Origin: an uncultured Pirellulales bacterium
Lineage (GTDB): Bacteria; Planctomycetota; Phycisphaerae; Sedimentisphaerales; Anaerohalosphaeraceae
Direction of reading: 5' to 3'
Length of the DNA: 64,000 nt
Assembly: GCA_964563335.1 (NCBI GenBank)
Contig: CAZLWL010000001.1
Location: 9,946 to 73,945, forward strand
Positions 12,450 to 21,672 of this stretch are shown in pieces (position 1 is the stretch's first letter; each line of letters opens with the position of its first letter). Position numbers and translations under genes: made by a program. The notes beneath the pieces were generated by a model that did not search any database, was not told the DNA's origin, and saw only the letters and a list, made by a program, of their open reading frames with translations.

Positions 12450-13790
12450 ATGACATGCTTAGTTAGCATTAGGGCAATAAGCCTTTTGCTGGTTGCTGCA
12501 CTTTTGGTTAGTCATAAGGAAGTATGCAGAGCAGAAGGTACAGTTTCATCGGGGAATTTCAAGAACCCTAACGCAGTGCGAAGGGTTTTGTCCGGCGAAG
12601 AAACAGTAGCCAACGTGGCCTGGTGGGGGTTTGACGAAAACGATTCGACTGACGCAATCCAGGAGGCAATAAACTCCGGAGCCGCCAAAGTCATCATACC
12701 TTATGTGGGTAAGGAATGGATTGTTCGGCCAATAAAGTTAGTCAGTAATCAAGAAGTATTCTTCGAGCCCGGAGTGGTGGTGATGGCAAAGAAGGGCGAA
12801 TTTAAAGGCAAGTTCGATTGTCTGTTTTCCGTGTCCAGTGCGAGCAACATTACCCTTCGGGGCTATGGAGCTACGTTGCGAATGCGAAGGAAAGACTATA
12901 AGAGTTCGGCATACACAAAGTCTGAGCATCGGCATACCGTTGAGTTTCGAGGCTGCGATAATATCAAGATTCTCGGTCTGCGGTTGGAGTATTCAGGGGG
13001 TGACGGGATTTTCATAGCAGCAGCAATAAAGAGGCCCTGGCAGCCTTGTAGAAATGTACTAATTAGGGATTGTATCTGTAACTGTAATTATCGCCAGGGT
13101 ATAAGTGTGATTTCTGTGGACAAGATGCTGGTCGAGAACTGCCTGCTAAAAATTACCAGAGGAACCCTACCTTCAGGAGGTATAGACCTTGAGCCCAGTC
13201 AGCCCGCACATATGCTGTCTAATGTTGTGATAAGTAATTGTGTCGCCGAAGGAAATAACGGTGGGGGTTTCATAGCAAGCATAAGCAATCTTAGGGCGGG
13301 CTCACGCGAAGTTTCCGTTCTTTTTGTCAATTGCTATGCCAGAAACTGTGTATCAGCGGGCTTTGATGTGTATGCCAAAGGCAAAACCGGACCGAAGGGA
13401 CTGATTGAGTTCAAAAACTGCATTAGTGAAAATATAACTTATGACGGTGCCCGTGTCCTTTGGGAAAAAGATTGCCCAACAAAGCTGCGGTTTAATGGTT
13501 GCAAGTTTCAAAACGTCGCAAAGAGGCCAAATGCGTATCCTATTAAACTTGTTTTGAGAAGGAAAGAGGCTGTGAGTCAAACAGGGGGTATCGAGTTTGT
13601 CAACTGTTACGTTTATGATAACGTTAAGCGTCCTTTCTTGAAAATTACTGACGCTGTAGTTAGCAAAGGTGTGTATGATGTGGTAGGTGATATCAACGTT
13701 TTCAATCCTTATGGGGCGAAGATGGATTTAGGAGTGCCCGATGAAAAGCTACACCTTAAAGTCAGAGTCTTAGGTGGCGAAAAACGTTGA
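12450..13790 (+). CDS. secreted right-handed beta-helix (pectate-lyase-fold) protein
   Basis: I prefer the ATG at 12450 because it yields a signal peptide (MTCLVSIRAISLLLVAALLV...AEG). NVAWWGFDENDSTDAIQEAINSGAAKVIIP is followed by repeated NITLRG/NIKILG/VLIRDC-type beta-helix rungs. Confidence 0.6.
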   Translation: MTCLVSIRAISLLLVAALLVSHKEVCRAEGTVSSGNFKNPNAVRRVLSGEETVANVAWWGFDENDSTDAIQEAINSGAAKVIIPYVGKEWIVRPIKLVSNQEVFFEPGVVVMAKKGEFKGKFDCLFSVSSASNITLRGYGATLRMRRKDYKSSAYTKSEHRHTVEFRGCDNIKILGLRLEYSGGDGIFIAAAIKRPWQPCRNVLIRDCICNCNYRQGISVISVDKMLVENCLLKITRGTLPSGGIDLEPSQPAHMLSNVVISNCVAEGNNGGGFIASISNLRAGSREVSVLFVNCYARNCVSAGFDVYAKGKTGPKGLIEFKNCISENITYDGARVLWEKDCPTKLRFNGCKFQNVAKRPNAYPIKLVLRRKEAVSQTGGIEFVNCYVYDNVKRPFLKITDAVVSKGVYDVVGDINVFNPYGAKMDLGVPDEKLHLKVRVLGGEKR

Positions 13791-13854
13791 TTATAACAAT
13801 AATCATTCCAGCGAACTGCGGCTCGGGTGTTGTCTTGGATATTGGAGTTGATAT

Positions 13855-15123
13855 ATGCTTGCTTTGATGCTACTAATTATCCTGTCATTTGTGATTCCAT
13901 ACAGAATACTGCGGCCGTTCAGTGGTTTGCAGAAGATGCTTGTTATGGCAATGGTTGCAGGGCACGTGATAGTGATGCTTGCATGGCACTGGCATCTTGT
14001 TGAAACAACGGGTTTCCCAATCATTATGGATGCTAAGATTGACACACAGAAGTATTACTGGTCCACGATGTACTTTGCTGACCGGCTACCCTTTGATGTC
14101 AGTATAGGAGACGTGAAGGCCAGCCTGGCGGCCGGGTACGGCGAGACAAGACATGTCGGATACCCTTATGTGCTGGCTCTGTTGTGGACTCTCACACCTT
14201 ATGGAATACTCGCTGTTCGTCTGTTTAAAACCATGTTGTTTTTCGTCAGCTTGAGTTTTCTCGCGCGCGTCTGGCGTACGGATTATGGAGATCGACTTGC
14301 TATGTGCGGATATGTATTCCTCGGTGCCATATTTACGCCTGCGATCCTCTATAATTTCCGAAATCTGAAAGATGGATTGATATTTGCTTTGTTTATATTC
14401 CTTATGGCGCTGTTAGACACGCTGCTCCGCCCTCGGGAAAGACGGCTGTATCCAATGAGTCGCCGTCAAGTAATTTGCTCCTGGGCCGCGGTTTTGTTTC
14501 TTCTTTATGCGATCTCAACAGTCAGGATCTATAGTACTGCCATAGTGATGGTTGCGGTTGCAATGCACCTTGTAACGGCAAGCAAAATGGGAATAAAAGC
14601 AAGAATATCACTGTTGCTGGCCTTGACGGTCATTGGATTAGCCGGGCTCCAAAGTGGCTTTTTTGGAAATATAGTGACCATAGCTTCCGGACGGATTAGT
14701 AAATTAACTTTGTTTACTGTGTATGGATTAGGTCAGGCATTTTTAAGCCCACTTCCATGGAATCCTGAACTTGAACGCTATCTTGCTTTCTTTTACTGGA
14801 TCTATTGGGCGCTGTTTCCTTATACAATATACGCTGTGGTACGACATTTGCGAAAGAATATGACGTGGCACTTATACCTATATTTTATGGTCTCATACAT
14901 AGCAAGTGGAGGTATAATAGGTGATTCACCGCGTAAGCGGCTTATCGTTCATCCCATTATGGTGGGATGGATACTAGCGCATCTGGCGTACGTAAAAGGG
15001 AAACAGCTTGTCTCTGCAAATCGAATGAGCGAATCAGAAGTATTGGAAGATTATGACTATAGTCATGATGAAGAGCATGTTCTCGTGGGGTCAGGTGAGG
15101 ATTATACGGTGTATGGTGACTGA
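13855..15123 (+). CDS. polytopic membrane protein, candidate Wzy-like polymerase, with an acidic C-terminal tail
   Basis: 422 aa with about 10 hydrophobic segments. I recognised no motif. The role is inferred from its position in a cluster that has Wzx but no other polymerase candidate. Confidence 0.35.
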   Translation: MLALMLLIILSFVIPYRILRPFSGLQKMLVMAMVAGHVIVMLAWHWHLVETTGFPIIMDAKIDTQKYYWSTMYFADRLPFDVSIGDVKASLAAGYGETRHVGYPYVLALLWTLTPYGILAVRLFKTMLFFVSLSFLARVWRTDYGDRLAMCGYVFLGAIFTPAILYNFRNLKDGLIFALFIFLMALLDTLLRPRERRLYPMSRRQVICSWAAVLFLLYAISTVRIYSTAIVMVAVAMHLVTASKMGIKARISLLLALTVIGLAGLQSGFFGNIVTIASGRISKLTLFTVYGLGQAFLSPLPWNPELERYLAFFYWIYWALFPYTIYAVVRHLRKNMTWHLYLYFMVSYIASGGIIGDSPRKRLIVHPIMVGWILAHLAYVKGKQLVSANRMSESEVLEDYDYSHDEEHVLVGSGEDYTVYGD

Positions 15124-15224
15124 TAGGATATCCTGTAACGCAAAACTTGGCTGTGCAGATGTCGCTGGCTTATGATATTTCTATTGTATGCAATGGCAAT
15201 GTGTCTTGCGGAGGGAAATGACAG

Positions 15225-16448
15225 ATGCGTGTGATGGTAGCTTTGCAAAATCGCTTCTTGCGTACACATAGCGGGAATATATATTCGACTACCGTTTGTG
15301 ATTATAGTTTTTGGTGTAGATACTTACAGGTATTTGATGAAGTTGTCGTCTTGGCCCGAGTCGGTGATATTGACCAGCAGGAGTTGGATAAACCGCCAGC
15401 CAGTGGTCCGAACGTGCGTTTTATAGCTATCCCTTATTATATCGGTCCTTGGCAGTATACGAGACGATATTTCCAGATAGCCGCTATAGTTAAGAAAGCT
15501 ATCGAAGAGGCTGATGTGTTTATACTCCGGATTCCCGGGGTAATAGGCGGTATGTTGGGACACGACTTGATAAAGGCAAAGATACCCTATGCTGTGGAGG
15601 TCGTTGGAGACCCATGGGAGGTAGGGGCGCCGGGTGGCATAAAGTGTTTCTTAAGACCGGTCATACGACGCAGGGCCAGAGTCCGCTTACGCCGATTGTG
15701 TCGCATGGCAAGGCTTGCTGCCTATGTAACGGCACATTGTCTTCAAGATCGTTACCCGCCAATAGGGTTTTCAACTTATTTTTCTGATGTAGCGATTGAT
15801 GGTGAGGTTATAATTGACAAATCGGTACTCGAGAAAAGAACTGAAAGGGCAAGAAGTAAGTTTGAAACGAGGGAACCCTGGCGACTTTGTTTTGTTGGAG
15901 GTATGGACCACTTAATCAAAGCTCCTGATATTCTCGTAGACTCAGTGGCACTTTGTGCTAAGCGAGGTCTGAATTTCCAGCTGATAATGGTCGGTGACGG
16001 TAAGTACCTCCCGGATATGGAGAACAGGGCTAAGATACTGGGTATCTCAGATTGCGTAAGATTTATTGGCAGAGTATCGCCGGGAAAGCCGGTCTTTGAG
16101 CAACTCGACGATGCCGACCTGTTTCTCTTGCCTTCGCGTACTGAGGGGCTTCCGCGAGCGATGGTGGAGGCCATGGCCAGAGCACTACCGTGCATTGGTG
16201 GTGCGGTCGGTGGAATCCCGGAGTTACTTGCACCCGAGGACTTGGTGCCACCTGGAGATGCCGTGGCACTTGCTTCTAAAATTATCTCCGTACTGAGTGA
16301 CCCCGACAGGCTCGCGCAAATGTCAGCCCGAAATCTGCAAACAGCCCGGGAATACGAAGCTGAGAAACTTAATCGGCGTCGCATCGAGTTCTATAGGAAG
16401 GTCGCTGAGTTAGGCAAAGAAACAGGAGATTTCAGCAGTGCGCAGTAA
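15225..16448 (+). CDS. family-4 (GT-B) glycosyltransferase
   Basis: 407 aa, with LLPSRTEGLPRAMVEAMARALPCIGGAVGGIPE (EX7E motif). Confidence 0.8.
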   Translation: MRVMVALQNRFLRTHSGNIYSTTVCDYSFWCRYLQVFDEVVVLARVGDIDQQELDKPPASGPNVRFIAIPYYIGPWQYTRRYFQIAAIVKKAIEEADVFILRIPGVIGGMLGHDLIKAKIPYAVEVVGDPWEVGAPGGIKCFLRPVIRRRARVRLRRLCRMARLAAYVTAHCLQDRYPPIGFSTYFSDVAIDGEVIIDKSVLEKRTERARSKFETREPWRLCFVGGMDHLIKAPDILVDSVALCAKRGLNFQLIMVGDGKYLPDMENRAKILGISDCVRFIGRVSPGKPVFEQLDDADLFLLPSRTEGLPRAMVEAMARALPCIGGAVGGIPELLAPEDLVPPGDAVALASKIISVLSDPDRLAQMSARNLQTAREYEAEKLNRRRIEFYRKVAELGKETGDFSSAQ

Positions 16449-16488
16449 GGTTCTATAATTGACTATCATTAAGAGTAAGTAGAACATT

Positions 16489-17535
16489 ATGGAAGCAAAA
16501 AATTACGTTGCATGTAAGGATATTTTGGGGATTCAGACTAATTGTAAAGAAAAAATTGGCTGGTCGTTTGGATATCCTCCGGAGCCTGTTTCTGATGAAG
16601 AAATTCACAAATGTCGGCTTGTCGTCAGATTTATTGTTGATCCACTTACAACTGAGGGCCGGGAAAAACAAGGCCTTCAAAAGTATCATTATTGGAGGGC
16701 GGAGCAAGGCAGAGATGCTTTGTTCTATGAGCGAAATTTTTTTGGTGGCACAAAGTTGCGGTTACTTGCAAAAGATTTATTGGCAAATAGGCCGGCGATA
16801 TATGCCAACAGGAGATACATCAGACACATACGTTGGCGTTTTAACAACTTACATTCACCTGGTTATATCTTAACGGATATGGTTTGCGTATTGCTATTAA
16901 GGAAGAGTCTTTGTGCATTACACTGTTCAGCATTCCGTACACAAGGCGCGACAGTAGTCGTAACGGCCCCACCTAATACAGGCAAAACTTTAGCCACTAT
17001 GCGGGCAGTATTCAACCACAATGCATCATTTATCTCGGAGGATCTGGCTGTAACTGACGGTGAAAGTATCTATGCATGCCCCTGGACTTCTACTTTTCGC
17101 TATTATGATGAGCTTAGCATGAGTCGAATAATGGCCTTAAGAATGAAACTCATGAAGTTCTTGCCGGTGATAGAGATACTTCCATTTCCCGGAACACACA
17201 AGACCATCGACACTTATATAGGAAAGGAACGTATTCTTGACCGCTCCAGGGTGACCCACATTGCGATTCTTGCTTGTTGTAGCGGGGGCGTTGAAGTTCT
17301 GGACAAGAAAACTGCGTTTGATATGGTTTACAATATGAATCGCTATGAATTTTTCTACCGGAAAAGCCCGATGCTGACGGCTTACTCATATTTCAACCCT
17401 GAGTTTGACCCGGAGGCTTTAGTCGAAAGAGAAAAAGAAATATTGGCAAGACTGGTGAATCAGTCTGAGTGCTTCTTGGTTCAGAGCAAAGACCCTACTG
17501 AATTTGCCGACCTAATTAAGGACAAGATTGGATAA
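16489..17535 (+). CDS. HPr-kinase-C-terminal-like P-loop protein
   Basis: 348 aa. LHCSAFRTQGATVVVTAPPNTGKTLATMRAV...FISEDLAV parallels the HprK pattern LHG..v...G.gvLi.G.SG.GKS......G..lv.DD. Confidence 0.4.
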   Translation: MEAKNYVACKDILGIQTNCKEKIGWSFGYPPEPVSDEEIHKCRLVVRFIVDPLTTEGREKQGLQKYHYWRAEQGRDALFYERNFFGGTKLRLLAKDLLANRPAIYANRRYIRHIRWRFNNLHSPGYILTDMVCVLLLRKSLCALHCSAFRTQGATVVVTAPPNTGKTLATMRAVFNHNASFISEDLAVTDGESIYACPWTSTFRYYDELSMSRIMALRMKLMKFLPVIEILPFPGTHKTIDTYIGKERILDRSRVTHIAILACCSGGVEVLDKKTAFDMVYNMNRYEFFYRKSPMLTAYSYFNPEFDPEALVEREKEILARLVNQSECFLVQSKDPTEFADLIKDKIG

Positions 17536-17594
17536 TCAGTCTAATCTGAGGATGTCGTAAGTGCTGGGAAAGATTCAATAGGTACGATGCAAGA

Positions 17595-18797
17595 ATGACA
17601 GAGCAAAGCGATAAAAGGAATTTTCCAAGAATCTGCCTTGTATCTTCGGTGCCGAGGACACTATGGCGTTTTTATGGTGGCCTGATAAGACAACTAATGA
17701 AAGATTCAGTGAAGGTAACGGTCGTAAGCTCAGACACACCGCGATTGTACGAGATGAGGGGTCAACTCGGCTGCGCCATTTTGCCGGTGGAGATCACCCG
17801 CAGAATGTCTCCGATGAAGGATTTGAGCGCAATTCTCAAGCTCACATGGCACCTCCGTCGGGAAAAGTATGACATAGTACATGCCCATATACCCAAAGGC
17901 GGCCTTGTAGGTATGGTATCAGCGTTCTTAGCCCGAGTCCCCACCCGAATATACACAATGCATGGATTATTGCTGGAAACTTTCACCGGCTCAAAACAAA
18001 AACTTCTTTGGTTGATTGAGTGGTTAACCTGTAAATCGGCGACGAATGTGCTGGTGGTTGGTCCCAGCCTGAAACAGCGGGTACTTGAGGAGAAACTGTG
18101 TCCTCTTTCTAAAATGCAGATTCTCGGTGATGGGACAGCATGTGGAATCGATCTGGAGAAATTCAATCGCACTGAAAGGACCGCTGCATTAGGCAGGCAG
18201 ACCAGACAGAAGTTGAATATCCCCGAGGATGCGATAGTTATTGGATACGTGGGCAGGATTATTCCTGATAAAGGAATTAAATGTTTGGTTTATGCATTTG
18301 AAATAGTTCAAAAGCAATTGGAAAATTCCTATTTACTGTTGGTAGGGGCTTTCGAGACCGTGCGTCAAACCTTCTGTCAGAAAACTATAGGCATAATCAA
18401 CAGCAATGATAATATTAAAAATACGAGATATGTCGAAGATCCCGTACCGTTTTATGCGGCCATGGATATAGTTGTATTGCCTTCCCGGCGTGAAGGTTTT
18501 GGTTTGACTCTAATTGAAGCAGCGGCGTTGGGATTGCCTACTATTGCCACCAAAGTCACCGGTTGTGTGGATGCTGTTGTGGATAATGTTACAGGGCTGC
18601 TCGTAGAAAAGGATAACAACAAGCAGTTTGCTGAAGCAATATTGAAACTGGCCCGGAGCGCCGAATTGCGAAACAAGTTGGGACACGAGGGCGGCAAACG
18701 AGCTAGAAAGCTTTTTGGTTCTGAAAGGCTAATTGAGGAACATATGGCGTTGTATGAGGAGCTTTTGGGTAAGGCAATCCAGCATAAGGCTGAATAA
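17595..18797 (+). CDS. family-4 (GT-B) glycosyltransferase
   Basis: 400 aa, with VLPSRREGFGLTLIEAAALGLPTIATKVTG (EX7E motif). Confidence 0.8.
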   Translation: MTEQSDKRNFPRICLVSSVPRTLWRFYGGLIRQLMKDSVKVTVVSSDTPRLYEMRGQLGCAILPVEITRRMSPMKDLSAILKLTWHLRREKYDIVHAHIPKGGLVGMVSAFLARVPTRIYTMHGLLLETFTGSKQKLLWLIEWLTCKSATNVLVVGPSLKQRVLEEKLCPLSKMQILGDGTACGIDLEKFNRTERTAALGRQTRQKLNIPEDAIVIGYVGRIIPDKGIKCLVYAFEIVQKQLENSYLLLVGAFETVRQTFCQKTIGIINSNDNIKNTRYVEDPVPFYAAMDIVVLPSRREGFGLTLIEAAALGLPTIATKVTGCVDAVVDNVTGLLVEKDNNKQFAEAILKLARSAELRNKLGHEGGKRARKLFGSERLIEEHMALYEELLGKAIQHKAE

Positions 18798-18870
18798 ATT
18801 GATTTACAGTAAATCGTCGAAGATGTTGCACGCATTCAACTTTTACTCATTTTGAGAAGAGGTCTGAAGA

Positions 18871-19524
18871 ATGAAATTAAGTGAGAAAGAAGTACAACAG
18901 TATTTTGATAAGGTGCCCAAACGATGGGACGCACTTTATTCACATGAAAATCGATTTAAGTACGTCATAAATAAATGGCTGCGTAAGGGTCTTTTCGAAA
19001 GGTACAGGCTTGTCTTCGAACACTGCGGAGACCTTGCCGGGGCAAGAGTGTTGGATATAGGCTGCGGTAGCGGCCGATACAGTATTGAATGTGTTAAAAG
19101 AGGAGCCGAGCGCGTAGTGGGAGTCGATTTTGCTCCATCAATGATTGAATATTCTCAAAAAGTGGCCCAACAGATGGGGGTGGCAGAGAAATGTGAATTC
19201 ATTTGCGATGACTTTCTGTCGCATCAGTTCGACCGTTCGTTTGATATTGTGCTGGCACTGGGATTTTTTGACTACATCCAAGAGCCAGAGCCAATATTCA
19301 AGAAGATTGCTCGGTTGACTCCTCGTAAATTCGTGGCATCGTTTCCCAAGTTCACGTTTTTTTGGGGCATTCAGCGCCATATCCGTTACAACTGGATTAG
19401 AAAATGTCCGATTTATTATTATTCCGCTGAACAATTAGAGCACTTATATAAGGAAGCACCTTTTGTGAGATTCAGGATAATCGAGGGCAAAAGGGGCTTT
19501 TTTGGCGTAGGAGAGGGTATTTAA
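18871..19524 (+). CDS. class I SAM-dependent methyltransferase
   Basis: 217 aa, with SAM motif I VLDIGCGSGRYS followed by VVGVDFAPSM. Confidence 0.8.
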   Translation: MKLSEKEVQQYFDKVPKRWDALYSHENRFKYVINKWLRKGLFERYRLVFEHCGDLAGARVLDIGCGSGRYSIECVKRGAERVVGVDFAPSMIEYSQKVAQQMGVAEKCEFICDDFLSHQFDRSFDIVLALGFFDYIQEPEPIFKKIARLTPRKFVASFPKFTFFWGIQRHIRYNWIRKCPIYYYSAEQLEHLYKEAPFVRFRIIEGKRGFFGVGEGI

Positions 19525-19616
19525 TCAGGTCAGAAGAGACTGCGTATGGCGAGTGTCAGCCTCTCGTTGTCTCGGTAGTGGGTTGTATTGAGTTTGTCAT
19601 GCGGAGATAGGATAAT

Positions 19617-20522
19617 ATGTTAAATGCTCTTTCTTTTGATGTTGAAGACGGCTGGAGCATTTTTTCCCGTGACTGGCTGTTCAGAGAGATAGAACTAACA
19701 GATACCATAGTGAGAGATACCGATTGGGTACTCAAAACTCTCGAAGGGCGAAATATCCGAGCAACCTTTTTTGTACTTGGGAATGTGGCACAGAAATTTC
19801 CATCGCTGATAAGGCAGATTGCTGATGATAAGCATGAAATCGGGGTGCATGGTTTCTCGCACAAACAGATTTTCAAGCTGACTAAGGAAGAGTTTCGCAG
19901 CGAGGTTGCTGATGTAAAAAAGTTGCTGGAAGATATTATCTCTGCACCCGTGCCTGGCTATCGGGCGCCGGCTTTTTCTGTAATACCAAAAACCAGTTGG
20001 GCTTTGGAAGTTTTAGCCGAAGAAGGTTTTGTTTATGATTCAAGCATTGTACCCTGCAAAAACAGTCGTTACGGGTGGCCGGGCTTTAGTAGGGATATTT
20101 GCAGAATTGATTTACACAGCGGGAGCAGTATCATTGAAGTGCCGATGACGGTAGTGAATTTTCCTGTCATTGGAAAAGGTTTTGTTACCGGCGGAGGGTA
20201 TATTCGACATTTCCCATATTGCCTCTCGAGCTTTATGATTAAACTTATTCAGAAACACCGCCCTGCTATCGTATATATGCACCCATACGAATTTGCGACA
20301 GGGATTTACCCTTTGTCATTTAGTCATCTTTCCAAAGAAAAGAAGAAACGGGTTTTCAGACACTTGAAATTTGCAGCGCGAAACCGGAAATCCATGCCTT
20401 GCAAGCTAAGAAAACTTTTGTCGGAATTCAAATTTTCTACTATCAGCCAGGTTATAGAATCAGCTAAATCTTGTCCCTGCGGCATCAATTCGGTTAAACT
20501 GGATGAAACTAAAGACAAATAA
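19617..20522 (+). CDS. polysaccharide deacetylase (CE4, DUF3473-type, EPS-locus subfamily)
   Basis: 301 aa. It has LSFDVEDGW, ATFFVLGNVA and HEIGVHGFSH (NodB metal-binding motifs), plus YRAPAFS. Confidence 0.75.
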   Translation: MLNALSFDVEDGWSIFSRDWLFREIELTDTIVRDTDWVLKTLEGRNIRATFFVLGNVAQKFPSLIRQIADDKHEIGVHGFSHKQIFKLTKEEFRSEVADVKKLLEDIISAPVPGYRAPAFSVIPKTSWALEVLAEEGFVYDSSIVPCKNSRYGWPGFSRDICRIDLHSGSSIIEVPMTVVNFPVIGKGFVTGGGYIRHFPYCLSSFMIKLIQKHRPAIVYMHPYEFATGIYPLSFSHLSKEKKKRVFRHLKFAARNRKSMPCKLRKLLSEFKFSTISQVIESAKSCPCGINSVKLDETKDK

Positions 20523-20563
20523 CCAATGTCTGCCGGTGTATAATTTACCGGATACCTTAACAG

Positions 20564-21643
20564 GTGGTTGTTATGGCTGATTCGCCAAATAAAAAGAAGT
20601 CTCCGGTACTTTTGTTTTTCGTGGGCTTTCTTGTGATTGTGGGCGTAATGTTTATTGCCAATTACAGGTCACCGCTTGTGCAGGAACTTGATGCTCCTGA
20701 CGATGGTATCCAAAAACTCTACACAGTTCGCGATTCGCTTGTAGCTGTTTCTAATCGAAGCGAAATTTACCTCTGGAATTGGAAAGAGTTGGAAGATAAA
20801 GCGAAAATTATCTCCGTGAAGGCGGCTAATGTGGCGGTTTTACCTGCTGATAAACTTGTCTTGGTTTCTGCTAATAATTCCAACACTATTATAATAAGCG
20901 ATTTTGAAAATAACAGTAAACAAAAACAATTGTCTATAGAGGACGGTTGGCTATGTAAGCACTTAAGCATTAATCGCGTAGGCCGAGCAGCTTTTGGTTT
21001 TGAACAAAAAGGCGAAACCAGCCAAAATTCCAGTCCGTATGGTCGTATTCGTCTCGAAACAATTCGACCTGATTTCGACAAACTTCTTCCGGTCGCGACA
21101 ATAGACAAAAAAGATAATAGTTTGTCACTGTATGGGTTGGCCATATCGAATGATGGTGCATTTATTGCAGTTGTCGGGCAGAAAAACGATGTCGGCTGGG
21201 TTGGAACAGTTGATGTCGCTCAGAAGAAATTGCTTTGGGAAAAATCGATAGAAACATCGGCAGATATTACGGAAATTGCCTTTTCGCCGGACGATAAGGT
21301 GCTCTATGCCGGTGGAGAGGGCAGGTATTTGTATTGTTTCGAAACGGATTCCGGAAAGACAGTAAGAAAGTTGCTCATAGATGAGGAGCAACTGACGGTT
21401 TCATTTAATGAGCAGCGAGTTACGTGTACTGAGGTTAGCCCCGATGGATTTGTGGTGGCAGCCGGTGTGAACCCCGGCAATAAAATCTATTTCTGGGATA
21501 CGAGAACGAGCAAGCGACTTGGTGTCATGGGAGGTTGCCGAGGGCTTAATAACTTGGCATTTGCACCGGACTCATCTACTTTTGTTGTAGCTGGTCGAAA
21601 TTATGGCGGTTCGCTAAAAGTGCGGCGTGTACCAGGCAAATAG
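20564..21643 (+). CDS. membrane-anchored beta-propeller (WD40/PQQ-like repeat) protein
   Basis: 359 aa. An N-terminal TM segment (VLLFFVGFLVIVGVMFIA) is followed by repeated ...S.DG..vA.gg......lWd-type blades (IAFSPDDKVLYAGGEGRYLYCFE, VSPDGFVVAAGVNPGNKIYFWD). An ATG at 20573 is an alternative start. Confidence 0.5.
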   Translation: MVVMADSPNKKKSPVLLFFVGFLVIVGVMFIANYRSPLVQELDAPDDGIQKLYTVRDSLVAVSNRSEIYLWNWKELEDKAKIISVKAANVAVLPADKLVLVSANNSNTIIISDFENNSKQKQLSIEDGWLCKHLSINRVGRAAFGFEQKGETSQNSSPYGRIRLETIRPDFDKLLPVATIDKKDNSLSLYGLAISNDGAFIAVVGQKNDVGWVGTVDVAQKKLLWEKSIETSADITEIAFSPDDKVLYAGGEGRYLYCFETDSGKTVRKLLIDEEQLTVSFNEQRVTCTEVSPDGFVVAAGVNPGNKIYFWDTRTSKRLGVMGGCRGLNNLAFAPDSSTFVVAGRNYGGSLKVRRVPGK

Positions 21644-21672
21644 GCGCGTCAGGAGTTCAAGGATTGCTTTGC

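Noticed and set aside
15194-15209. A sigma-54-like motif, tggcaatgtgtcttgc, upstream of the GT4 gene at 15225.
   Set aside because: The GG-to-GC distance is 13 rather than the required 12, and the motif ends only about 15 nt before the start codon.
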